From an uncultured cyanobacterium (GTDB taxonomy: Bacteria > Cyanobacteriota > Cyanobacteriia > Phormidesmidales > Phormidesmidaceae): a stretch of 64,000 nucleotides of DNA. The stretch covers positions 1,632,001 through 1,696,000 of the forward strand of contig CAWBZI010000001.1 of the NCBI GenBank assembly GCA_963793265.1, in the 5' to 3' direction. Position 1 is the stretch's first letter. Each line of letters opens with the position of its first letter. The position numbers and the translations under genes are program-made. Positions 39,565-49,344 of the stretch are shown here, one piece after another. The notes below the pieces were generated by a model. The model was not told where the DNA came from and made no database searches. It saw only the letters and a program-made list of their open reading frames with translations.

Positions 39565-39573
39565 GCCAGCACT

Positions 39574-40314
39574 CTATTCCCACTCAGACTCAGCCTTCTG
39601 CTCTGCATCTACCAACGCCTGTCTTAGGGCAGGCCAATCTGCCTCGCTCGCCGGTAAGTCTGCAATTAGCCGTCCATTATCTAAATGCAATAGCCGGGTA
39701 GCGTGACGTGCGACCAAATCAATTTGATGATTTGCCATGATGATTGTGAGCTTGCCCTGCGCGGCCCACTCAGCTAAGCGGGTCAGTAAGAATTCGCTGT
39801 AGCCTACGTCTTGAGAAGAGGTGGGTTCGTCTAAAAGCAGAACTTTGGGTTCGGTGATGAGGGTGCGGGCGATCGCAACGCGCTGCCGCTGACCCAGTGA
39901 CAAATTAACGGACGTGCGATCCATCCAATCGGTTGGAATATTCAGGCGCTCAGTCCATTGGGCGATCGCTGCCGTTACCGCCTTCGCCTCCATCCCTTGC
40001 AGCCTCAGCGGATATCCTAACGTCTCCTTCACGCTCATCCCCAGCAACCGGCTCTCCTGATTCACCAGCGCCACCTGCCTTCGCAAAGACACCACCGGCA
40101 GGTCGCGAATATCTTGGCCCTCAAGTCGAATCGTCCCGCTAGCGATTTCAGCAAGGCGATTCATCAGCCGCAGCACGCTTGTTTTCCCAGCGCCCGAAGA
40201 GCCAACTAAGGCCACAAACTCACCCGGCTCTACCGCAAAACTAAGATCTTTTAAGATCTCAACGACGCCGGTAGACGCTCTCATCGACACTTGCTCAAAC
40301 GTTAGGACTGACAC
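39574..40314 (-). CDS. ABC transporter ATP-binding protein
   Basis: GSSGAGKT, LSLGQRQR, LLLDEPT, ANH. Confidence 0.88.
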   Translation of the reverse strand: MSVLTFEQVSMRASTGVVEILKDLSFAVEPGEFVALVGSSGAGKTSVLRLMNRLAEIASGTIRLEGQDIRDLPVVSLRRQVALVNQESRLLGMSVKETLGYPLRLQGMEAKAVTAAIAQWTERLNIPTDWMDRTSVNLSLGQRQRVAIARTLITEPKVLLLDEPTSSQDVGYSEFLLTRLAEWAAQGKLTIIMANHQIDLVARHATRLLHLDNGRLIADLPASEADWPALRQALVDAEQKAESEWE

Positions 40315-40339
40315 AAGATATATCCATCAATAAATCAAG

Positions 40340-40936
40340 CTAAGCCAAAGGTGTAAACGTACTGGCTGTTGCAATTGCCCAGATATCAACTAGCAGTAGC
40401 AGCGCCGTTACCGCTAATAAAATGAGATACATCCAGGGTTGAGAAAGCGGCCTGACATCGCTCATATCGATATCGGTCTTCGCTTCTACGTAGCGCAGCA
40501 GCCGCGCAAAGCCAACGACACGCATTGGCAGCAAATATGCTTTATCTTTTGCCTGATTGAGAAAGTAATACACAATGCCGCCTTGGCCTGTAGAGCGCGG
40601 CTTGAGCGCAGTAATCTCAGACCATTTTAGCGACCAGCCTTTACGCCCTAACGTTTGTACCCATTTAGGGTAGGTCACCGCAATGCCTTCGCCATTTACC
40701 AAGACACGCTCGCTAAGGCCACTGTACAAAGCAGCACCGCCGATAGGAAAGGCAATCCAGAGTAGAGTCGGTGAAACGGGCGCGTTCGTCGCCGCAGCTA
40801 GAAAGGGTAGCGGAACGACTAACGCAACATATAGAGCGGTGAGCGTCAGTTGAATCAGCGGCGAGATCCGAAAGCTGTCGGTTTCTGGAAGCGTTGAGGC
40901 AGCTTCTTTTGAGCGAGCTAAAGTATCTGAGGTCAT
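40340..40936 (-). CDS. Conserved hypothetical membrane protein
   Basis: Three TM segments; FRISPLI, RSTGQGG, LLPMRVVGF and PLSQPWMY motifs. Confidence 0.7.
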   Translation of the reverse strand: MTSDTLARSKEAASTLPETDSFRISPLIQLTLTALYVALVVPLPFLAAATNAPVSPTLLWIAFPIGGAALYSGLSERVLVNGEGIAVTYPKWVQTLGRKGWSLKWSEITALKPRSTGQGGIVYYFLNQAKDKAYLLPMRVVGFARLLRYVEAKTDIDMSDVRPLSQPWMYLILLAVTALLLLVDIWAIATASTFTPLA

Positions 40937-40973
40937 AAGCAGTCTAGGGAAGTGCAGATTTTAGCTGTAGATT

Positions 40974-41414
40974 TTATAGGTACTTTTGAACGACGCTCCA
41001 GCCGGTAGCTGTGACTGCGATAAAGCCGAATAGCAAAATGCCGTTGAGCATCAGATGCGCTTTGCGCGCCCAGGGTCTTTCTGGACTAATCCGAGTAGCG
41101 CACCAGGCCGATCCCAATGTCAAAGCGACGACGGTGAGACCTGCGGGCAAATGTATCGAATGGCCTAGCTTGCCGTACTCGCCCAGAGTACCGACTATGC
41201 CAATACTGAGCAGCAGCAGCACTAGGGCTACTAAAATGCCGCCTAAAACGTAGTGTAATGGCCTTAACCAGGCGGGGCGCTCGAACGTGCCTTCATAGCG
41301 ACGGCTATAGAATAAAGTGCCGCCGCTGAGGGCCAGGAAGCTAAACGCTGTCAGCGAAAGGCCCATAGACCAGGCGGCAATTCGCCACAGCCAAATAAAA
41401 GATGGAAGATCCAT
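40974..41414 (-). CDS. DUF4079 family (cytochrome b561-like) membrane protein
   Basis: MDLPSFIWLWRIAAWSMG, four TMs with conserved His (RPLH, HSIH, KAH). Confidence 0.75.
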   Translation of the reverse strand: MDLPSFIWLWRIAAWSMGLSLTAFSFLALSGGTLFYSRRYEGTFERPAWLRPLHYVLGGILVALVLLLLSIGIVGTLGEYGKLGHSIHLPAGLTVVALTLGSAWCATRISPERPWARKAHLMLNGILLFGFIAVTATGWSVVQKYL

Positions 41415-41504
41415 AGGACGCATCCTTAATCTAGTGATATCTAGTATTAGGCATAGCACTTTTGAAGCCCTTTTTATATGCCTTCTTTCTGGCTTTCAAG
41501 CGAT

Positions 41505-41542
41505 AGTCCCGCAGCCTTCATTATGAAGAAGACTGCGGGACT
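41505..41542. terminator. Stem-loop downstream of the DUF1830 gene
   Basis: AGTCCCGCAGCCTTC...GAAGACTGCGGGACT. Confidence 0.55.
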
Positions 41543-41626
41543 TAGTTAAGATGAAAATAGAATCGCAAGCTATAAAAGAGGTCTTGGAAGAATTATGAGA
41601 GAAGGGGGCCGTCGTGAGCGTAGCGC

Positions 41627-42004
41627 TTACTCAGCGATCGCGCTCGTCAGTTCAGGATCGGCTTTAGCATCAGGAGAGGCTTTCAAAGTGGCATTAAGTG
41701 CGCCCGAAGAAGGAAAGCCAGCGGCAGCGGAGGCTTCTGCGCCACTATCAGACTCTACTTCTAGGCGTTTGCAGGGAATGGTATCGGATAAAATAGCGCT
41801 CGCCATCATCCCGGTATGAATTTCGAGCAGCGCGGTAGACACCGCTTCAAACATCAGCCTTTGGCCAGGGAATACTACCCGCTCAAAGTACCAGTTAGGC
41901 ACATTAGTCACGCGTGCTATCTGAATTTTGCTGGTGGCGTTAACGTAGCAGCACAAAAGGGGATCGGAGTCATCGGCAGGAAGCGAATCAATAATTTGAG
42001 CCAT
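41627..42004 (-). CDS. DUF1830 domain protein
   Basis: LCCYVNATSKIQIARVTNVPNWYFERVVFPGQRLMFEA...ILSDTIPC. Confidence 0.85.
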   Translation of the reverse strand: MAQIIDSLPADDSDPLLCCYVNATSKIQIARVTNVPNWYFERVVFPGQRLMFEAVSTALLEIHTGMMASAILSDTIPCKRLEVESDSGAEASAAAGFPSSGALNATLKASPDAKADPELTSAIAE

Positions 42005-42050
42005 GGTTAAGTCACGAGAAGAAACAGTAGGTAACACTTCACACTCCCAA

Positions 42051-42092
42051 AAGCTAACACTTGAAAAATACGACGACTGTAAAAACGACTAC
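42051..42092 (-). promoter_or_regulatory. Canonical NtcA-activated promoter
   Basis: Minus strand reads GTA-GTCGTTTT-TAC(A), then 22 nt, then TAGCTT (TAN3T), upstream of the DUF1830 gene. Confidence 0.62.
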
Positions 42093-42765
42093 CAAGCCGT
42101 CGAATGCGATCCCCTGATGACAATCGCTTTAGAGCTTTTGAGGGCTTCATGTTTCTACATAAAGCCCTAACGCTATGCACTTAGAATGACCAAGCCCATC
42201 ACTAAGTAACCTGAGCTGAACGTTCATAAGCGAACTTACTAGCCCCGGCAAGGACATCGACTCAAAACGGCCAAAGTGGTTGCTACGCATAAAAGAGAGT
42301 CTACGAAGTAGCAGTCATTGAAGCGGGTCGTTACGATGTAATCACACTAAAAGCAGTCATCAGAAGCGCAATCATCAACACTGCTCCGCAAGACATAGCT
42401 TTCTTTTACCTCCTCTATCAATAGAAAGAAATCCTGAGTTTTTCGTCATCGGGATCACAAAACGCTACAAAGCGTCATAAAACTTTTCTCATAAAACTAC
42501 CTTGAGTTCAAGTCCTTCGCGCACCTGAACAACCGACGCTAAAAAGCCATGTGCAAGCAGTCTTAAGCGCAGTGCTCAGCTTGATCACACCGGCTTAAAA
42601 TTTACCCAGGAACTTCTAAAAAAACACCAGCACTCCCGTTATTGCGGTGCTATCGTAAAGATATATGAAAAAACTGAGCGTTAGAGCACCTTTACTAAAA
42701 GCCCTGTGGGAGATCAGTTTAGAGAAGTAGCCTATAGGAAGGCATCGATCCAAGAGGAACTAAGC

Positions 42766-42801
42766 ATGAGTGACCGAATGAGTGACCGAATGAGTGACCG
42801 A
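42766..42801 (+). repeat. 12 bp tandem repeat, three copies, each containing a start codon
   Basis: (ATGAGTGACCGA)x3 encoding MSDR MSDR MSDR. Confidence 0.9.
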
Positions 42802-44361
42802 ATTCTTTACGTCCGCTTGCCTTGCAACCCCATCTTTCCTATTGGCGTTGTTTACCTAGCCGATCACGTCCATAAGCTGTTTCCTGACGTAGAGCAGCAA
42901 ATATTTGATATGGGCACAGTGCCCCCGCTGGATTTTACAGCGGCCCTTGACGAACGGATTGATAGCTTTCAACCGACGCTGCTTGTGTTCTCATGGCGCG
43001 ACATTCAAATATACGCACCTGTTGGCGGTCGCGGCGGCAACCCACTGCAAAACGCCTTTGAGTTTGCCTATGCGCCTAACCCGCTGGTGAGAATGAGGGG
43101 CGCAATTGGTGGAGCCCGGATGACGGCGACCTATATGGCTGAGCTGCGCCGGAACGAAAAGCTAGTAAAGCGTGGGCTTAAGCGAGCTAAGAAGCACCAG
43201 CCGACCGCCAAGGTGGTGGTCGGTGGCGGCGCGGTGAGCGTGTTTTATGAGCAGATGCCGCAGATGCTACCTGAAGGCGCGATTGTTTCAGTGGGTGAAG
43301 GTGAAACGCTATTGGAGAAGCTGATTCGGGATGAGGATTTCTCGAATGAGCGGTGCTATGTGGTGGGCGAAGAGCCGCGCGATCGCCTCATACACGAATG
43401 GCCCACCCCCATTGAAAAATCAGCCTGCGACTACGACTACATTGAGGCGATGTGGCCTGAGTTTGAATACTACTTGCAAGAGCAAGACTTTTATATTGGT
43501 GTACAGACCAAGCGTGGCTGTCCGCACAACTGCTGCTACTGCATCTATACCGTAGTTGAAGGCAAGCAGGTTCGCATTAACCCCGCCGATGAAGTCGTCA
43601 AAGAAATGCGGCAGCTTTACGACCGGGGCATCCGCAAGTTTTGGTTCACTGACGCGCAGTTTATCCCAGCCAAGCGCTACATTGATGACGCCATTGAGCT
43701 ACTAGAAAAGATTCAAGCTTCCGGGATGACAGATATCAACTGGGCGGCCTACATCCGTGCTGACAACCTCACGCCGCGCCTGTGCGAGCTGATGGTAGCC
43801 ACCGGCATGAACTACTTTGAAATCGGTATTACCAGTGGCTCTCAAGAGCTGGTGCGTAAAATGCGGATGGGCTACAACCTCAAAACCGTGCTGCAAAACT
43901 GTCGTGATTTAGTCGCTGCTGGGTTTGACGATTACGTATCGGTCAACTATTCGTTCAATGTGATTGACGAGCGTGATGAAACCATCCGCCAAACCATTGC
44001 CTATCACCGTGAGCTGGAAAACATCTTTGGGGTGGATAAAGTTGAGCCTGCGATCTTCTTCATTGGCTTGCAGCCGCATACGCACCTCGAAGAATATGCT
44101 TTTGAGCACAACATTCTTAAAAAGGGCTACAACCCGCTTGCTATATACCTTCCCTGGGTAGCACTCAAGCTGCTGTGGAATCCTGGCGAACTGGGTGCTT
44201 TCTTTGGAGACGTGTGCTTGCAGGCGATGCGCGAAAACCCGAACGATTTTGGTCGAACGGTGATGGCTATTTTAGAGAGGCGCTTGGGTAAATCGCCCCT
44301 TGCAGAAGCCTTGAGTGCACCAGTTAAAGGCGAAAGCCGTGCATTAGCTGAGGTATCATAG
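42766..44361 (+). CDS. Photosystem II high-light acclimation radical SAM protein (B12-binding/radical SAM, Slr0320-like)
   Basis: RILYVRLPCNPIFPIGVVYL N-terminus, QTKRGCPHNCCYC (CxxxCxxC), FWFTDAQF. Confidence 0.88.
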   Translation: MSDRMSDRMSDRILYVRLPCNPIFPIGVVYLADHVHKLFPDVEQQIFDMGTVPPLDFTAALDERIDSFQPTLLVFSWRDIQIYAPVGGRGGNPLQNAFEFAYAPNPLVRMRGAIGGARMTATYMAELRRNEKLVKRGLKRAKKHQPTAKVVVGGGAVSVFYEQMPQMLPEGAIVSVGEGETLLEKLIRDEDFSNERCYVVGEEPRDRLIHEWPTPIEKSACDYDYIEAMWPEFEYYLQEQDFYIGVQTKRGCPHNCCYCIYTVVEGKQVRINPADEVVKEMRQLYDRGIRKFWFTDAQFIPAKRYIDDAIELLEKIQASGMTDINWAAYIRADNLTPRLCELMVATGMNYFEIGITSGSQELVRKMRMGYNLKTVLQNCRDLVAAGFDDYVSVNYSFNVIDERDETIRQTIAYHRELENIFGVDKVEPAIFFIGLQPHTHLEEYAFEHNILKKGYNPLAIYLPWVALKLLWNPGELGAFFGDVCLQAMRENPNDFGRTVMAILERRLGKSPLAEALSAPVKGESRALAEVS

Positions 44362-44410
44362 ATAAAAATGTTTTTCCTTCACTACTCTTTAGTAATCTCT
44401 TAGAAACAGC

Positions 44411-45877
44411 ATGTTGGCGGGCTCAATTCTTCAAAGACTCATGCGTGGCCGAGATGGTGATAGCTCGCCAGTAAAAAGCGATCGCACCTCCGGGCAATCA
44501 GGCAAAGGCGACGCTGCCGAACAAACCTCGGGCCGTACGCCACTTAACTTTGGGGTGTATTACAAAAATACGCTGGTGGCGCTGTGCCATGCCCTAGAGG
44601 ACGCGGTGCTAGCGACTAAAACATCACCGCTAATAGTGACCGCTTTTCAAAAAGGAAAGTGGTACTTGGAAGAAGCCGATCGCTATGCGGCATTGGCCGA
44701 TACAGCAGATAGAGTGATCATCATGGCCGCACCGGGCGCTGGCTTTAGAGAGCACCCAACAGGCAGGCGCGAGAATGTTTCTTTAGTTGATTTGGACGAT
44801 AGCGATCCGGTTGCTCAGGAATGGCACCTGATGATTATGGGCTCTACTTACAGCGCTATGGTGCTGTGTCAGGAGCTGACGGATGAGGAATATGGGCCAA
44901 ACGGGCCGCCTGAGAACGATCTAGAGCGTAAGTTTTATGGGTTTTGGACGTTTGATCCTGCCTTGGTTGCTGAAACCATTGCGATATCTGCTGATCATAT
45001 TGGTCGCTATGCGCCTCAGCTTCAAGCTGAGATAGAAGAGAAGCTCGCAAAGATTGACGATGAGGCTTCGACTAAAACAGAGGAAGTCGGCAACGTTGTT
45101 ATGAGGGTGGTGGAGTATTTGCAGGGGGGCGATCGCCAGGTTGATGCGACTGAATCTTTTAAGTTTGCAGATTCGCTTAGCCAAAACTTAGTTTCTAACG
45201 AATTGCAAGCCTATTTGCGTATGGCTCAGCTAGCTGATCTGGCCGATCCCACCAATCCTTTAGGCGCAGCCGAAGTCGCTTCGCTCTCAGAGATGATGGG
45301 ACAGTTTTTAGATTTACCCGTGTGGCAGATGCAGCGATTAAGACTTGCTAGCCTGCTACACCGCATTGCACCGGCTCAGTTTGACCGTGAAGAAACTGAA
45401 AAAGAAGGGGATAGCTGTCCGCTGCATCCGGGCGCGCAGACGCTGCGGATATTGCCGAGATTGAGGGCGATCGCGCAAATCATTTCCCATCAGCACGAAG
45501 CTTGGGACGGCAGCGGTCAGCCAGCCGGACTCAAAGGTGACACTATTCCGGTAGAGTCTCGCGTGTTGGGATTAGTGGCTACCTTCCAGCAGGAAGTTGC
45601 CCGCCGTCGTCATGAGGCCGACAACGCCTCAACACCTGCGCCCGAGAATGAGTGGCAGCATGTCACGGATGCTTTTGCCACCTGCAAAGCCGAATCCGGT
45701 GAGAAGTGGGATCCTAAGCTGGTAGAAATTCTTGGTTTTCTGGTGACTGGATTACAACAGGGTCTTAGCCTGCCAACAATTCCCCTCAAAATGACATTGA
45801 GCACAGGTCTGCTGAATCCTGAAGTATCCGAAGTTTGGCCGGAGCTGAAGATGTCTGAAGCAGCCCAATCAAAGTAA
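44411..45877 (+). CDS. DICT sensory domain protein with a degenerate HD-GYP-like domain
   Basis: YYKNTLVALCHALED, AFQ and QEWH (DICT); LLHRI and HQHEAWDGSGQPAGLKGDTIPVESR...KWDP (HD-GYP-like). Confidence 0.8.
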   Translation: MLAGSILQRLMRGRDGDSSPVKSDRTSGQSGKGDAAEQTSGRTPLNFGVYYKNTLVALCHALEDAVLATKTSPLIVTAFQKGKWYLEEADRYAALADTADRVIIMAAPGAGFREHPTGRRENVSLVDLDDSDPVAQEWHLMIMGSTYSAMVLCQELTDEEYGPNGPPENDLERKFYGFWTFDPALVAETIAISADHIGRYAPQLQAEIEEKLAKIDDEASTKTEEVGNVVMRVVEYLQGGDRQVDATESFKFADSLSQNLVSNELQAYLRMAQLADLADPTNPLGAAEVASLSEMMGQFLDLPVWQMQRLRLASLLHRIAPAQFDREETEKEGDSCPLHPGAQTLRILPRLRAIAQIISHQHEAWDGSGQPAGLKGDTIPVESRVLGLVATFQQEVARRRHEADNASTPAPENEWQHVTDAFATCKAESGEKWDPKLVEILGFLVTGLQQGLSLPTIPLKMTLSTGLLNPEVSEVWPELKMSEAAQSK

Positions 45878-45942
45878 GTTTAGATCAAGCCTTGTTAAAG
45901 GGCCTTATGAAAAGCTTAATTCCTATTAAACAGTCTATTTAG

Positions 45943-46587
45943 ATGAGTGAATCCATTAACATCGATGCCCTTCGCAAAGGCGACCTGAAAAAGCTCGCAG
46001 GCGCGAAGCTAGACGATACCGACCTTGCCGGTAGTGACCTTTCTGGCGCACAGCTTGCGGGGGCGACGCTATCAGGCTGTGACCTGAGCCGGGCAAACCT
46101 CAATCGCACTCATTTAGAAGGCAGTAACTTAGTCGGCGCAAATCTATCGGGTGCTGATTTACGCGCAAACTTGTGGGGCGCAAACTTAATGCAGTGCGAC
46201 CTAACGGGCGCTGATTTGCGCGGGGCAAACTTGAGGGGCGCGAACCTGATGGGCGCGAAGCTGACTGGGGCGAGTCTGACTGGCGCGTTTTTGAGCGGGG
46301 CGACGCTAATGAACGCAAACTTGAAAGGGGCTGATATGCGTGGCGCGGACTTGCGGGGTGCAAACCTGAGCGATAGCAACTTACGCAGCGCCGATCTTTC
46401 TCGCGCGGACTTGCAAGGGGCAACCCTCACTGAAGCTAATTTAGAAGAAGCCAACTTGCAGGAGGCCAACTTTACAGGGGCTTCTTTGACACGCGCTAAT
46501 TTGCTGTGTGCAGATTTGAACGGTGCAATTACGATAGGCGCAAATATGACAGGCACTTGCGTTACGGGCACCGTATTGGCCGTTTAG
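45943..46587 (+). CDS. Pentapeptide repeat protein
   Basis: Continuous A(D/N)Lxx repeats. Confidence 0.93.
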   Translation: MSESINIDALRKGDLKKLAGAKLDDTDLAGSDLSGAQLAGATLSGCDLSRANLNRTHLEGSNLVGANLSGADLRANLWGANLMQCDLTGADLRGANLRGANLMGAKLTGASLTGAFLSGATLMNANLKGADMRGADLRGANLSDSNLRSADLSRADLQGATLTEANLEEANLQEANFTGASLTRANLLCADLNGAITIGANMTGTCVTGTVLAV

Positions 46588-46670
46588 CAATTAGCTGTTC
46601 AACCCATCAGTGATTAAAGTTTTCAGGGCAAGTAGCGTATTAACCATGCCTCGGCTCGCCTCGTTCACTA

Positions 46671-47588
46671 TCAAGCTTTATTGTACTCAGCTTTGGAATC
46701 GGCTATTGACTGGCCCCTGATAACTCTTTGGCCTCTGCGATCGCCCCGAGTCTCGGTCACAATGGTGCACTGCCCATGCTGATCGTCACGCTCGTAATAA
46801 ACCACAACCCAGTCGTCTGTCTTGTTCAGCTCGTGGGCTCTAGCCGTGTTTGAGTAGAGCGCATTGAGCGCCCAGCCGCCTTTATTGAGCTGCATAACCG
46901 GAAGCCAGCGCTTGCCCTCAGGGTTAAACCGACGCGGGGTAATGCGGCGAAGCTGACCGACCTTAGCTAAGTAGCGATATTGCGTATCAACCTCTAGCAG
47001 TAGCTCTGTTGAAGGATGAGATTTGGTGGCGGGCGCTTCTTGCTGCCAGCGATTGATTTGGGTGCGCTGACGAGCGGACTGTTTGAGCCTAGATTCTAGG
47101 GCGGCGCGAATGAGCTTGACGCGGCCTCGGCCAAAGCCAGGAAGACGGCTGAGTCTGCCGTCGTAGGCGGCAAGTTCAAGATCTTCTAGGGTTTCGATGC
47201 CTAGCTCGCGGTAGATACGACGGCCTAAGACTTGGCCGATGCCAGGGACGGTGGTGAAAATGTCTTCGGGGCAGGCATCGGCAAGCATTCGCTCTAGCAG
47301 GCTGAGCTTGCCTGTAAAAGCAAGTTCTTCGATAGAGAGCGCAATGCTGTGGCCGATGCGGGGGAGCTTTTTGAGTCCGGCAGGGCCATCTGCTTTGAGA
47401 ATTTCGACCAGGGAATTATCACACTGTCGCGCAAACTCGCTCGCCTCCCGGTAGGCTCGGATTCGATAGTAATCATCCTCTTGAGCTTCTAGCAAGTCAG
47501 AAACTTGCTCTAGAACATCGGCAATCGTTTCGTTCGTAATAGGTAGATATTGCTTAGGAATATCCAACGGTAAAACAGTTTGCATCAT
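46671..47588 (-). CDS. Helix-hairpin-helix DNA-binding protein (PolX N-terminal-like) with an uncharacterised C-terminal domain
   Basis: TNETIADVLEQVSDLLE...RIRAYREA (PolX 8-kDa domain); HhH motifs LPRIG, VPGIG, LPGFG; no polymerase palm or PHP domain. Confidence 0.72.
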   Translation of the reverse strand: MMQTVLPLDIPKQYLPITNETIADVLEQVSDLLEAQEDDYYRIRAYREASEFARQCDNSLVEILKADGPAGLKKLPRIGHSIALSIEELAFTGKLSLLERMLADACPEDIFTTVPGIGQVLGRRIYRELGIETLEDLELAAYDGRLSRLPGFGRGRVKLIRAALESRLKQSARQRTQINRWQQEAPATKSHPSTELLLEVDTQYRYLAKVGQLRRITPRRFNPEGKRWLPVMQLNKGGWALNALYSNTARAHELNKTDDWVVVYYERDDQHGQCTIVTETRGDRRGQRVIRGQSIADSKAEYNKA

Positions 47589-47798
47589 GGCGTAAATCCA
47601 TCCTCTTTCGGGCGCTCTAAACTGGCTCTGCGTCAGTGGTTTCAGAGATCGTATGTCTTTCTCTATTATCGAACATTTAAAGAAATTCGACAGGCATAAA
47701 GTCAGTATTAAAGTAGAGAAAACCGATCAATCAGTAAGGGGACAACAACAGACAAAAGAAAGACTTTTCAAAAGAAATAAAAAAGAGATTTATGGAAT

Positions 47799-47829
47799 AA
47801 AAAAGCGGGCCGCTAAAGCTAGCGGCCCG
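47799..47829 (-). terminator. ggpS terminator
   Basis: AAAAAAG-CGGGCCGCTA-AAGC-TAGCGGCCCG. Confidence 0.75.
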
Positions 47830-47874
47830 ATAGAATTTAGGTACGTTGACTTTATAAACCCTGTCTATCTTTGT

Positions 47875-49344
47875 CTAGGTGTCAGCAGCACCCAGCAGTT
47901 CTTTAGCCCAGCGGTCTACATCGTAAGCTTTGACTGCTTCGTACATACGGCCCATGCGCTCCTTTTGTTCTTCGAGGCCCATCGCCAACGCTTCATCGAT
48001 AGCAGCGTCCATACTGCTGTCGGCATAGGGATTGGTCAGCACGGCGTCGGGTAGCTCTACAGCTGCTCCGGCAAACTCAGAGAACACCAGAACGCCGTCT
48101 TTACCGCCTCTGGCAACTACGAATTCTTTACCCACCAAATTTAGACCATCGCGTAGGGGCGTAATCCAGGCAATATCGGCAGCGGCATAGAGCGCTAAAA
48201 TCTCTTCGAGCGGCAGGGCAGAGGTGAACAGCAAAATAGGCGTCCAGCTCAGCTTGGCAAAACGACCGTTGATTTTGCCGACCAGGCGCTCGATTTCACT
48301 TTGGGCCGTGCGATAGATTCGCATTCCTGAAGCCGGTTTGGCGACGGCGACCACAAAGTTTATTTTGCCCTGAAGCTCGGGGCGACGGGTGAGCAAACGC
48401 TCGTAGCAAAGCAGCATTTCTTTGGTGCCCTTTACGTAGTCTACGCGCCCGGCAGAGACAATAAGCTGGCGATCGCCCCCCATCTCCTCTCGAATTTCTG
48501 CCACCCGCTCCTGCACTTTTGGCTTCTCAACCACAGAGCGAATGAACTCTACGTTAGTGCCGACCGGGAACGCGCCTAAGTGCACAAGCTGATCTTTGTA
48601 GCGCACTTTTGTGGTCATTTCTGGGGCGGCTAGCGCGGTACCACGAGGGGTAAATTCTTTAGGCACCGGCCCTTTTTCAACAATCTCAATCTCACGAAAG
48701 CCCTGGGCGATTGAAACAAAGTTTTCGACATAGCGAGGAATGTGAAAACCACATACGTCGCAACACAGCAGGCTATCGATAATCTCTTCACGCCAGGGCA
48801 GTACGTTAAACGCATCGGAGCCAGGGAAGGGCGTGTGGTGAAAAAAGATGATTTTGGCGTTGGGCCTTTGCTGACGAATGTAGTAGGGCGTCAGCCACAG
48901 GTTGTAGTCGTGAATCCAGATGAGGGCATCGTCGGCAGCATCTTCGCAGGCGGCGTCCGCAAATTTTTTGTTAATGTCTTGAAAGTTTTCCCAGTCAGAA
49001 GACTCATAGGTGAACTGCCAGGGGAAAGAGTGCAAAATGGGCCAAAAGGCTTCTTTAGACGTGACGTGGTAGAAGTTTTTGACCTGATCGGGGCTGAGGG
49101 GAATACGGCGAACCGAGCTGTTTTCGTTGCCCTCAAAGCTCATGCGCTCTTCAAAGCTGTCCTTTTTTTTAGGATTAATTTGTTTCCAGGCAATCCAGGT
49201 GCTGCTTGCGGCGCTGGAAAAAAAGCTTTTGATCGTGGGAAGAATGCCGTTTGGGCTTTTCTTCTCTTTGTAAACGGTTTTGCCATTTTCTACGACCTCA
49301 TCGTAGGGCTCGCGGTGGTAGAGAATGACCAGGGATGATTTCAT
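47875..49344 (-). CDS. ggpS: Glucosylglycerol-phosphate synthase (GT20)
   Basis: MKSSLVILYHREPYDEV, WIHDYNLW, FFHHTPFP, GRVDYVKG, RDGLNLV; GG-pathway context. Confidence 0.93.
   Translation of the reverse strand: MKSSLVILYHREPYDEVVENGKTVYKEKKSPNGILPTIKSFFSSAASSTWIAWKQINPKKKDSFEERMSFEGNENSSVRRIPLSPDQVKNFYHVTSKEAFWPILHSFPWQFTYESSDWENFQDINKKFADAACEDAADDALIWIHDYNLWLTPYYIRQQRPNAKIIFFHHTPFPGSDAFNVLPWREEIIDSLLCCDVCGFHIPRYVENFVSIAQGFREIEIVEKGPVPKEFTPRGTALAAPEMTTKVRYKDQLVHLGAFPVGTNVEFIRSVVEKPKVQERVAEIREEMGGDRQLIVSAGRVDYVKGTKEMLLCYERLLTRRPELQGKINFVVAVAKPASGMRIYRTAQSEIERLVGKINGRFAKLSWTPILLFTSALPLEEILALYAAADIAWITPLRDGLNLVGKEFVVARGGKDGVLVFSEFAGAAVELPDAVLTNPYADSSMDAAIDEALAMGLEEQKERMGRMYEAVKAYDVDRWAKELLGAADT

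Noticed and set aside
45990..46520. 15 bp periodic DNA repeats as a possible array
   Set aside because: Fully explained by the pentapeptide repeat protein; there is no repeat-spacer structure, so it is not CRISPR.
46100..46571. Repetitive antisense ORFs
   Set aside because: Mirror of the pentapeptide-repeat codons.
47653..48054. 133 aa + strand ORF
   Set aside because: It crosses the ggpS terminator and overlaps ggpS antisense; low complexity.
48742..49338. 198 aa + strand ORF
   Set aside because: Entirely antisense to ggpS with no recognisable motifs.
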